The position numbers were made by a program, and so were the translations under genes. The notes beneath the pieces are model-generated. The model made no database searches. It saw only the letters and a list, made by a program, of their open reading frames with translations, and was not told the DNA's origin. Below are positions 13,367-25,349 of a DNA stretch of 64,000 nt, piece by piece; position 1 is the first letter of the stretch, and every line of letters begins with the position of its first letter. The DNA is taken from positions 8,060,001 to 8,124,000 of the forward strand of contig NC_135771.1 in assembly GCF_052425735.1 (NCBI RefSeq), given 5' to 3'. The DNA comes from Oculina patagonica. Taxonomy: Eukaryota.

Positions 13367-14942
13367 TTTGGCGAGCAAACGATTGAATACTTCTATTGGC
13401 AAACCTTTGTGAGTTTTTAGAGGATTAAGAACATTTGTTGGATTTATTTCAAGGCGTACAAAACACTGAAATTGTAAATGATTAATGAAAATATTCTATG
13501 TTGTTTTCCACAAGAAAAATTGTAATTGCAAAGTGACTTTATTTTTAGGTGTATGCAAAAGTGCCGTGGCTATAGTTTTTTAGCATTTTCTTTTAGTTTA
13601 ACTCTTTTTTGTTATGTCTCCGTATTAGTAGGGGAGCTTTTCCCCAGCTAGGTGGTTGATGACATTCTTAATAAAGTTTCTCTCTATCTATCTATCGTGG
13701 TGCGAAGAGAAAGGTAGCCTCCCACGCAGACGTTTTTAGGTCTGCCGCGTAGAAGGCTAAGAGAAAGGAGAATTTAAGAACAAAAGTCAAAACAAACATG
13801 TCTTTCAAACAGATTAAAAGTTAGCTAAGGTTGGAAGAAACAACAAAGTTTAATTCCGGCAAACTCTTGTAATATCAGTTCAACTAAAAGTTTAATTCAA
13901 ATAAAAAGAATTTTCAAGGATGTAAAGTTACTTTTCAAGCAATTTTTTCAAGACGTGTCTGCTTTATTCTCATTTCTTTTTGCCAGTGGCAGATTTTGTT
14001 TAATCGGCGGCACCCCACTTTGCTGATGTGTTGTAATTAACATAACGAAAGGCAAACTCTCTTGTAAAATTCGCTGAGCACGGTAATGACAATCGTGTAA
14101 ATTCTGCAAAGCCGCAAATAAAACATGTAAAATTTGTATTTTTCGCAAGACGGTAACTTAAAATCCAAAAAATTTTAAAATTTGTAATTTTCGTAACTGC
14201 GTGTATTTCTGGACATTTCTTCACAAAGGGGCTAAGAGTAAAGAGAGTTACTTTTCAATCAATTTTTCCAAGATGACTCCGGCATATAATCTGGAACCTT
14301 TCCCCCCTCCCGTGAGATATTCAAGCTGAGATCGTTCTTTCTCAATACAACGAAAACCATTTAGTCAGGAAACAACCATGTCTCACTGTGTAACTCTGAA
14401 CCTCACAAATTCTTATAACCTTACTCGGTTTTCTTTACAATTCTGACGAGGTTTCTTTGCTGTTTAACGAATTCGTCAACTTCGTTATTCGTTTTGTTGT
14501 AGGCAACCTAAAATTGGAACAATATCATGCGAACCAAATAATCAGTAGACTTGTAAGCAATGTCAGAAGTTGTTAACGAAAAGAAGGTGAAAACAATTGA
14601 GAAGCTAAATAAATGTCAGTAACTGGTCTAGAAATTGAGATTAAGCAACACTTGATGGATTTATTTCAAGGCGTATACAAAACACTGAAATTGTGAATGG
14701 GCAATGAAAACATTCTTTGTTGTTTTCCACGAGGTGTATGCAAAAGTGCCGAGGTGCAAAGAGAAAGGCAGCCTCCTACGCAGACGTTCTTAGGTCTGCG
14801 TAGGACTGAAGCTAAGAGAAAGGAGAATTTAAGAACAATAAAACACGCATGTCTTTCAAACAGAACAAAGTAAGTTAAAGTTGGTAGAAACAACATAGTT
14901 TTATTCATACTCTTGCAATGTCAGTTAAAACTAAAAGCTTAA

Positions 14943-17416
14943 GTGTCATTGTCAGAGTAAACCAGGCAATGCCAAAAGATGGGGGTCAGCCGATTTCCCT
15001 CATATTTTCAGCATTTAAAGCCTATCAGATAAGATTAAGATTGGTGGCATTTAAATGATCTTCTGCCTTTCAATTTGAGATTGACCACCCCCTAGTTTTT
15101 GGCACAGAAAGTGCCAAAAATCCTCATAAAAAAGGCCAAATTCTCAGTACAGGAAACAGATCTCCTTTGCATTTCGCGCACACTTTCTCAAAGTAAATTA
15201 ACTGTTGATTTTTGCATGCTTAGAAACAACTTTCCAGTTCAACTTAATTTTTACCATATTTTCTAAACTAGGTAGGTAGCTTGTGTCTTGCCACAGAGTG
15301 AATTTGGGGGATTTTCAAATTCAATTTTTTCAAAAGTGCGATAGTATATTTTTTAAAAGCCATTTTATAACAGTCCATACCCTTTTTATTCGAAAAAAGA
15401 ATTATTGATTGCACAATAAATTCTTCTCCACTTAGTTCAAAAATGCCTGATCGCTCAGCTATTTCCCGCATCACACTAAAATTCACATAACATAAAATTA
15501 TATTTGAAAGAAAATTTATTAATCAGAAAGAGTAGAACTTCAGTAAATTTTTAATATTGATTCGCATTTAACCCTCGGACGTAAGGGGGGGGGGGGAGGG
15601 TGGATGCCACCCCCATGAGTTTTAAAGAAAAAACGATTACACCTTTAAGCTTCACCCAGATGATATTCAATTGTGTGACGTTGCACCGCAAAATCAAAAT
15701 CGTCATTTACCTTAAAATTTTACACCTCACAAACCAGATGGCGGCCTGACGTCACAGCCAATAAGAGCCCAGTCAACCAACTGGGAAGCAAATACCGCAG
15801 TATCCCGAAACAAATAGGCGTTGATCCAAGGTACCGAAGAGAAGGAGACGAACCCCACGAGAAGGAAAAGCAAAGATGGGTTTTCTCTTCAAAATGCAAT
15901 CACATCGTCATCATCATCATCATCATCATCAACAATAACAACAACAACATTATCATCATATCATCATTATCTCCACAGGTGCCCCATGATCTAGATTGTT
16001 ATTTATTATAGGAAATGAAAGCTCAGATTATGAATTTATGGGCCAAGGATTTTTGCTGAATTTAGATGGGTGTTGGGACATCCAAGGAGAAGTTCCAGAA
16101 TGGCCATTTTTTTCTTACGCCAATAAAAAGTTAAAATATTATCACCAAACTTTCAGCTTCCACGAGCGCTAAAACCCTACGAAATCTTTCGCTAAGTAGC
16201 CACACGACGCCGCCAGGAGAGTGTCGTGACGAAGCATAAAACTCAACTTTTTTGCCTGTGCAGCTCCAGTTTCTCAAACAGAGCTCAAGAATACAAAAAA
16301 ATTACCCAACTAAAAGAAAAAATGCCAGAAGAAAAAATGGGATCTGCAAAGGGAAAAGGAAAATAGAAAGAGAGGCAAAAAAAGGCGACGCCACAGTCGA
16401 ATTATATATCAACAAAATATCTTTTTTTTGACTTGTCGATCGATCGCGGTCCATGCCGGCTTGTTACCATAACCGTGAATATATAAGCCCGAAGAAACGT
16501 GGAAAAAAAGAGAAGCGTCACGATGACGAGTGGAGGAGCGCGAAGAAGCGGATATTTTTTTAAAAGCCCGACAAATAATGGACACGAGAGAAAGAAAACG
16601 AGAAGAGATATGAAAAGCACGTGTCGACCCCGCGGAGACAAAATTGTCGAGAAGAAAAAAGACCTGTTTTGGAGCCAACACGGCAGGATGACAAACAAAA
16701 GCACACAAAGAAACAAGAAGAATATATTTTCCCGCAACTCAGGGAGCTGACGTCACGCAACAGCCAGAGGCGGATGATTGGGACCAAGAGGTTAGCGCGA
16801 AAGGAAATGAACAACAAGCGAAAGGCCATAGTGACAAAACGAGAACAGCCCAAAAAAGGAGAGTAGAAGTTGATAGCATTTTGGATGGAGTGGAGAGGAG
16901 AGAGAGGATTGAATTGTAACAGGTTAGGTCGCGGGATGGAGCCGGGAGCAGGCGGCTAAAAGAGAAAGGAGTAGGAAAGGAGGAGAGGAGGAAGGGGAGG
17001 AGGGGTTCGGAGGCCACCACCCCCACAAAGGGGGGGAGGAATAGGAGTAATGAGGGAGAGAGAGGAAAAGAAGAGAGCGGAAAGAGGGGAGAGATATGAA
17101 GAAAAGTAAAAATGAGAGAGGGCGGGACGAGAGAAAATAAGCAGAATTGCCCCCTTGTACGGAAAAAAAATCCTTTATAATAAATTATAGCTAAGAGAAG
17201 TTAAATCATATTCAAAATTGGATTATAAAAGGTTAATAAAAAAATATGATTGAATCCCCCGCCAAAGAATAGTTGAGACGTAAAAAAAGTGAGAAAAGTT
17301 TGAGAGCAAAAGGAAATTTGATGTTTTATTGATTCTGCGACAAGAGAATAAATGCCCCGTAGTTTTGAGAGACGGCGACCCCATTTTGGTTGCCTGGTTT
17401 ACTCTGACAATGACAC
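14943..17416. mobile_element. 2.47-kb non-autonomous DNA transposon inserted at TTAA
   Basis: 27-bp perfect TIR gtgtcattgtcagagtaaaccaggcaa / ttgcctggtttactctgacaatgacac, with TTAA on both sides. The empty site (aaagcTTAAttcaaat) is present in the other five units. Confidence 0.9.
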
Positions 17417-17420
17417 TTAA

Positions 17421-18560
17421 TTCAAATAAAAAGAATTTTCAAGGATGTAAAGTTACTTTTCAAGCAATTTTTCCAAGACGTGTCTGCTTTATTCTCATTT
17501 CTTTTTGCCCGTGGCAGATTTTGTTCAATCGGCGGCACCCCACTTTGCTGATGTGTTGTAATTAACATAACGAAAGGCAAACTCTCTTGTAAAATTCGCT
17601 GAGCACGGTAATGACAATCGTGTAAATTCTGCAAAGCCGCAAGTAAAACATGTAAAATTTGTATTTTACGCAAGACTGTAACTTAAAATCCAAAAAAATT
17701 TAAAATTTATAATTTTCGTAACTGCGTGTATTTCTGGACATTTCTTCGCAAAGGGGCTAAGAGTAAAGAGAATTTAAGAACAAAAAAAAACACGCATGTC
17801 TTTCAAACAGAACAGAGTTAGCAAAAGTTGGAACAGACAACAAAGTTTTATTCAAACTTTTGCAACATCATTTAAAACTAAAAGCTTAATTCAAATAAAA
17901 AGGATTTTCAAGGATGTAAAGTTACTTTTCAAGCAATTTTTCCAAGATGTGTCTACTTTATTCTCATTACTTTTTGCCAGTGGCAAATTTTGTTCAATCC
18001 GCAGCACCCCGCTTTGCTGATGTGTTGTTATTAACATAACGAAAGGCGAAAACTCTTAATTATAAAGTTACGTACTGTTCAAGTTATTTTTCCAAGACGT
18101 GGCAAATTTTGTTCAATCCGCGGCACCCCGCTTTGCTGATGTGTTGTCATTAACATAACGAAAGGCAAAAACTCTTGTAAAATTTGCAAAGCACGGTAAT
18201 GACAATCGTGTAAATTCTGCAAAGCCGCAAATAAAACATCTAAACTTTGTATTTTTTGGCAGAACCGTAACTTAAGATCCAAAAAAATTAAAATTTGTAA
18301 TTTTCGTTACTGGGTGTATTTCTGGACATTTCTTCGCCAAGGGGCTAAGAGTAAAGAGAATTTAAGAACAAAACTACAAACATGTCTTTCAAAGAAAACA
18401 AACTTAGAAGAAACAAAGGTTACATTCGGCAACCTCTTGCAACATCAAATGAAACTAAAAGCTTAACTCAAATAAAATTAATTTTCAAGGATATAAAGTT
18501 ACTTTTCAATCAATTCTTCCAAGATGACTGCTCAATTCTCATTACTTTTTGCCGGTGGCA
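17421..18560 (+). repeat. Internal ~0.47-kb degenerate sub-repeats in the unit spacer (present in every unit)
   Basis: The block caaataaaa..attttcaaggat.taaagttacttttcaa recurs at about 17423, 17893 and 18469. The block ttgttcaatc.gc.gcacccc.ctttgctgatgtgttg recurs at about 17521, 17990 and 18109. Confidence 0.85.
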
Positions 18561-19571
18561 TTACTACAGCCGACAACCTTGACTTTGAACGTTATGACCG
18601 ATTTACAGAGTCAACATTCCACAAAGCATAGCAGCTATCCATGCAACGTTTGAGTTGAGCGTGTGCCTCCATGTATGTGTTTTGATAAAAAATTGCATAA
18701 AAGAGCAAATAATTCAAGGAACATCACTTCACTTGAAGAAGCTTTCACCTGACGAACGTCAAGCTACACGAAGATACTTGAGGTTAGTGCGCGATTTATT
18801 TTGAAAAACGCTATACGCCTGGAGAATATTCTGAGTCAAAAACTGAATCTTACTCTTGTCAAACTGATTTTCGCCGCAATGTTTTTTCACAATAAGGTAG
18901 CAATAACAGGGTCATCGAGAATACCTTCAAGAGTTTTATTCCAGTTGAGGAAAACAAGCTTTGGGCGTAACTTACTTGTGAAGGGATTTAAACTAAACAA
19001 ATGTGTCCGGCAACTGTTTACATAAAATAGGAAAACTATCTTTCGAGATCTTGACTGAAACTTTCAAAAAAATATCGCATTTCGGTATGGCAAACGTATC
19101 AAGCGGACAAACAGTAGTTTAAGAGGATAAATGGTGTCTGCATTTCTCGTTCGGCCAACTGGTGTAAGATGTTCTTATTATCGTTCTTAAGTCTCAGTCG
19201 GTTTTTCTTGTGAGTGTTTCAGAACAGGATCAATCAGTACATTTGTATTACAGTTTCGAGGAAAATTATCAGCTTTTACCGTCAGCAATTTCTTTATTCG
19301 TAAATTTAACATGAGTCTGAGAATAAGTGTAATACATTTGAAAAAACTCCTTTGTCGCCGTTCCATCCAATCTACATTGGCACTTAACTGTGACTCGTAG
19401 TTGCGAATAGCAAACATCTTTTTACTTATGAACAGAACTAATTTAACTAAGGTAGTAGAAAAGAATGCTTAGAGTATCTGGGATTTCTTGATCCAATCTG
19501 GTGAGAGTCGGAATGGTCTTTTAATTTCTCAGTTAACCGTAGTTGGTTATTCTCTTCCAGAATTCTCCACC

Positions 19572-20424
19572 ATGAAGTGTTTTGTTGCTATTGGGATGCT
19601 CGTCTGCGCTGTTGTCTTAACAGGTAAAAGCTTGAACAGAAACCAAAGCCGGAAACTGAGACAAAGTTGAGAGTTGGCAAGTCTCTATCAATCTTTTCGA
19701 ATTAATATATCTTGATCAGTAAATGACATGAAATATCTTTACTACAATGAAGGAAAGATTGCTTAGGTCAGTTGAAGTTTGAAATAAGGTGCAATAATTC
19801 CTGGATGTTGGATGGTTTAGTTAGGTTTTACGTTCAGTTCTTTCTAGCTAAGACATAGCTAGGAACTCTAAGTTGTTCACCCTCTAGTGCAACGCGACAA
19901 ATCAATTTCTTGTGCCTGTATTTCAAATGTCTTTGTCTTAGAAAAGAAGGAAACTGGTTGCAGGCGGCCTGTCAGGCAGAAACAAGCCTAACGCTAATTT
20001 GTGTTCGTATATCTTAGATGCCTTCAACCCTGTTGGTGTGGCACTGAAAGGAGACAATGGTAAATATCTCGGTCGTGTTCAATGGAATGGAATTAACTAC
20101 ATCGAGGTGGCAAAGGACGGCCCAGGCCATTTCACAAGGTTCCTTGCAACAGAGAGCAATGGCAAACTGTTGCTGCAAGCAGACAACGGAAAATATCTGA
20201 GCAGAGTACGTTGGAACGGTATCGATTATATCGAGGCCGCAAAGGATGTCCCAGATGTGTTCTGCCATTTTTCAGTCCACAATCAACCCGATGGTACTGT
20301 GGTGCTACAGGCCGACAATGGAAAGTACATGTCTCGAGTCCAGACTAACGGCATCGACTTCTATCAGGCGGCAAAAAGCGAGATTGATGTGTTTTGCAAA
20401 TTGCATCTTGAATTTCAGTTGTAG
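19572..20424 (+). CDS. Secreted single beta-trefoil (fascin-/agglutinin-like) protein, copy 1, 152 aa
   Basis: Exon 1 19572-19623 (ccaccATG; MKCFVAIGMLVCAVVLT, hydrophobic signal peptide), phase-1 GT-AG intron of 394 bp, exon 2 20018-20424. Three ~43-aa repeats L[KQ][AG]DNGKY[LM]xRV..NG....AK...F. AATAAA at about 20540. Confidence 0.88.
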
Positions 20425-23400
20425 AAATTAGCTCAGTGGAACAATTCCGACCTTTCATCATGCAGATCAAGTAATCAGTAGAATTGTAAGCAATGTCAAA
20501 GGGTGTTAACGCAAAAAGGGTGTAAACAGTTGGGAGGCTAAATAAAAAGTCAGGAAGTAATCGAGAATATCGAGTCTTCATTGCTTAACAAAACCACGTC
20601 TTCAAACACACGGCGTTAAGTACACTGGTGCCTAAGATTTGAGGCCCAAAGGAAATGAAAACGCACACATTGTTTCTCTCTCAAAAAAGTTGTATTTTAG
20701 TAGCAAAAAAAAACGTTTTTCTCATGCATGTGTTAATCTTTGAAAGAAATGCTGGAGAATAATTGTGTTTCATATGAAAGGCGTTGCCAAATTGAATTGT
20801 AAAATACAAATACACATTTTGCGTTTGGAGAAATATTCACAAAGAGTTTTAATTCAATTATTAGTCACTTAAAAACATATTTGGCGAGAAAAGGATCAAT
20901 TACTTCCATTAACAAACCTTTTTTATTTCGTTTCCTCAGAAACGAAATGGTATTGTTTTGGATTCGATGTGATTTATTTACACAGAATGGGCTACTATCT
21001 AATCACTAGAACGCTCGTAAATCAGCAATGTCAACACGTTTTAGTAGAAGCAAACAACTTGGTAAAAACATGTTCTTCAAATATCGAAAGAGGACTTTTT
21101 TACGAAACACGCATCCTTTCTTTATCATTGATAAGACTTAACGGGCGTAACCTTCAACTCTATTATATAGAAACTGCATAAAGTCATAATTATCTTTGTA
21201 GGGTTTTTCACGATTTATAGACGACTACATAAACCGTGTACGATCAAGACTTGATCGTGACGAGTCAAAAGAAGATAAAATATAGAAAGTCCTTGCAGTC
21301 TTTCTTCATTTTATAGGGCATCAACTCACAAATAGATAAGTACCTTGTAAAATAGCAAAGAATCCGAAAATTCGGGGAGAGCTTAATATGACGTTTGAGG
21401 AAGGGGGAGTATTTACAGATGGCAATTTGCATTTGACAAATGTTTGGATCTATAATTGAAAAGGATAATGCGTTTGAAAATTTTTCGGTGCATAGAAGAA
21501 AACCGCACGGTAAAACTCTCTAAACACAATGATATGAAACCCTAAACAAGCCCTAAAATCGATAAATGATCATTGATGGTCTCCGAGCATACTCTAACGC
21601 GTTAACGACGTGAGTTAGAGAACAAGCTGATAGGAACACAATCTTATTCTGTATTCTTGCCTGCGTAGCTGGCTAGAATACAGTAATTCCGGTCCCCGCT
21701 GATCAAGGGGACCGGAAACGAAGGTTAGATTAAAGATTGCGTGACCACCCCAAAGAGCTTACCGTGGAGGGTAGGATAGGGCATATAATCTGGAACCCTT
21801 CCCCCCTCCCGTGAGATATTCAAGCTGAGATCGTTCTTTCTCAATACAACGAAAACCATTTAGTCAGGAAACAACCATCCCTCACTGCGTATTTTTATCT
21901 CGTGTAACCCTGAACCTCACAAATTCTTTTAACCTAACTCGGTTTTCTTTACAGTTCTGACGAGGTTTCTTTGCTGTTTAACGAATTCGTCAACTTCGTT
22001 ATTCGTTTTGTTGTAGGCAACCTAAAATTGGAACAATATCATGCGAACCAAGTAATCAGTAGACTTGTAAGCAATGTCAGAAGTTGTTAACGAAAAGAGG
22101 ATGAAAACAACTGAGAAGCTAAATAAATGTCAGTTACTGGTCTAGAAATTGAGATTAAGCAACACTTGATGGATTTATTTCAAGGCGTATACAAAACACT
22201 GGAATTGTGAATGGGCAATGAAAACATTCTTTGTTGTTTTCCACGAGGTGTATGCAAAAGTGCCGAGGTGCAAAGAGAAAGGCAGCCTCCTACGCAGACG
22301 TTCTTAGGTCTGCGTAGGACTGAAGCTAAGAGAAAGGAGAATTTAAGAACAATAAAACACGCATGTCTTTCAAACAGAACAAAGTAAGTTAAAGTTGGTA
22401 GAAACAACATAGTTTTATTCATACTCTTGCAATGTCAGTTAAAACTAAAAGCTTAATTCAAATAAAAAGAATTTTCAAGGATGTAAAGTTACTGTTCAAG
22501 CAATTTTTCGAAGACGTGTCTGTTTTATTCTCATTTCTTTTTGCCAGTGGCAAATTTTGTTCAATCCGCGTCACCCCACTTTGCTGATGTGTTGCAATTA
22601 ACATAACGAAAGGCAAACTCTCTTGTAAAATTCGCTGAGCACGGTAATGACAATCGTGTAAATTCTGCAAAGCCGAAAGTAAAACATGTAAAATTTGTAT
22701 TTTTCGCAACAGCGTAACTTAAAATCCAAAAAGTTTTAAAATTTGTAATTTTCGTAACAGCGTGTATTTTTGGACATTTAGTCTTCGCAAAGGGGCTAAG
22801 AGTAAAGAGAATTTAAGAACAAAAAAAAAAAACAAGCATGTCTTTCAAACAGAACAGAGTTAGCAAAAATTGGAACAGACAACAAAGTTTTATTCAAACT
22901 TTTGCAACATCACTTAAAACTAAAAGCTTGATTCAAATAAAAAGGATTTTCAAGGATGTAAAGTTACTTTTCAAGCAATTTTTATCCAAGATGTGTCTAC
23001 TTTATTCTCATTACTTTTTGCCAGTGGCAAATTTTGTTCAATCCGCAGCACCCCGCTTTGCTGATGTGTTGTTATTAACATAACGAAAGGCGAAAACTCT
23101 TAATTATAAAATTACTGTTCAAGTTATTTTTCCAAGACGTGGCAAATTTTTCAAATCCGCGGCACCCCGCTTTGCTGATGTGTTGTCATTAACATAACGA
23201 AAGGCGAAAACTCTTGTAAAATTTGCAAAGCACGGTAATGACAATGGTGTAAATTCTGCAAAGCCGCAAATAAAACATCTAAACTCTGTATTTTTTGGCA
23301 GAACCGTAACTTAAGATCCAAAAAAATTTAAAATTTGTAATTTTCGTAACTGCGTGTATTTCTAGACATTTCTTCGCCAAGGGGCTAAGAGTAAAGAGAA

Positions 23401-24607
23401 TTTAAGAACAAAACTACAAACATGTCTTTCAAAGAAAACAAACTTAGAAGAAACAAAGGTTACATTCGGCAACCTCTTGCAACATCAAATGAAACTAAAA
23501 GCTTAACCCAAATAAAATTAATTTTCAAGGATATAAAGTTACTTTTCAATCAATTCTTCCAAGATGACTGCTCAATTCTCATTACTTTTTGCCGGTGGCA
23601 TTACTACAGCCGACAACCTTGACTTTGAACGTTATGACCGATTTACAGAGTCAACATTCCACAAAGCATAGCAGCTATCCATGCAACGTTTGAGTTGAGC
23701 GTGTGCCTCCACGTATGTGTTTTGATAAAAAATTGCATAAAAGAGCAAATAATTCAAGGAACATCACTTCACTTGAAGAAGCTTTCACCTGACGAACGTC
23801 AAGCTACACGAAGATACTTGAGGTTAGTGCGCGATTTATTTTGAAAAACGCTATACGCCTGGAGAATTTCTGAGTCAAAAACTGAATCTTACTCTTGTCA
23901 AACTGATTTTCGCCGCAATGTTTTTTCACAATAAGGTAGCAATAACAGGGTCATCGAGAATACCTTCAAGAGTTTTATTCCAGTTGAGGAAAACAAGCTT
24001 TGGGCGTAACTTACTTGTGAAGGGATTTAAACTAAACAAATGTGTCCGGCAACTGTTTACATAAAATAGGAAAACTATCTTTCGAGATATTGACTGAAAC
24101 TTTCAAAAAAATATCGCATTTCGGTATGGCAAACGTATCAAGCGGACAAACAGTAGTTTGAGAGGATAAATGGTGTCTGCATTTCTCGTTCGGCCAACTG
24201 GTGTAAGATGTTCTTATTATCGTTCTTAAGTCTCAGTCGGTTTTTCTTGTGAGTGTTTCAGAACAGGATCAATCAGTACATTTGTATTACAGTTTCGAGG
24301 AAAATTATCAGCTTTTACCTTCAGCAATTTCTTTATTCGTAAATTTAACATGAGTCTGAGAATAAGTGTAATACATTTGAAAACACTCCTTTGTCGCCGT
24401 TCCATCCAATCTACATTGGCATTTAACTGTGACTCGTAGTTGCGACTAGCAAACATCTTTTTACTAAACAGAACTAATTTAACTAAGGTAGTAGAAAAGA
24501 ATGCTTAGAGTATCTGGGATTTCTTGATCCAATCTGGTGAGAGTCGGAATGGTCTTTTAATTTCTCAGTTAACCGTAGTTGGTTATTCTCTTCCAGAATT
24601 CTCCACC

Positions 24608-25349
24608 ATGAAGTGTTTTGTTGCTATTGGGATGCTCGTCTGCGCTGTTGTCTTAACAGGTAAAAGCTTGAACTGAAACCAAAGAAACTGAGACAAAGTT
24701 GAGAGTTGGCAAGTCTCTATCAATCTTTGCGAATTAATATATCTTGATCAGTAAATGTTCAGTTCTTTCTAGCAAAGACATAGCTTAGAACTGTAAGTTG
24801 TTCACCCTCTAGTGCAACGCGACAAATCAATTTCTTGTGCCTGTATTTCAAATGTCTTTGTCTTAGAAAAGAAGGAAACTAGTTGCAGGCGGCCTGTCAG
24901 GCAGAAACAAGCCTAACGCTAATTTGTGTTCGTATATCTTAGATGCCTTCAACCCTGTTGGTGTGGCACTGAAAGGAGACAATGGTAAATATCTCGGTCG
25001 TGTTCAATGGAATGGAATTAACTACATCGAGGTGGCAAAGGACGGCCCAGGCCATTTCACAAGGTTCCTTGCAACAGAGAGCAATGGCAAACTGTTGCTG
25101 CAAGCAGACAACGGAAAATATCTGAGCAGAGTAAATTGGAACGGTGTCGATTATATCGAGGCCGCAAAGGATGTCCCAGATGTGTTCTGCCATTTTTCAG
25201 TCCACAATCAACCCGATGGTACTGTGGTGCTACAGGCCGACAATGGAAAGTACATGTCTCGAGTCCAGACTAACGGCATCGACTTCTATCAGGCGGCAAA
25301 AAGCGAGATTGATGTGTTTTGCAAATTGCATCTTGAATTTCAGTTGTAG
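24608..25349 (+). CDS. Secreted beta-trefoil protein, copy 2 (variant SRVNWNGVD)
   Basis: Exons 24608-24659 and 24943-25349, 283-bp intron, intact ORF. Confidence 0.88.

Noticed and set aside
16402-17026. Cluster of overlapping 80-110-aa ORFs as a possible transposase
   Set aside because: They arise from low-complexity purine-skewed sequence and show no DDE or other motifs.
19999-20017. ORF-track start 'MCSYIL' for the 141-aa protein (and the equivalent in each unit)
   Set aside because: It begins at a TTG inside the intron. The AG acceptor at 20016-20017 and the upstream signal-peptide exon give the real N-terminus.
20018-20424. Calling the array gene fascin (FSCN)
   Set aside because: Fascin has four trefoil domains and is cytosolic; this protein has one domain and a signal peptide.
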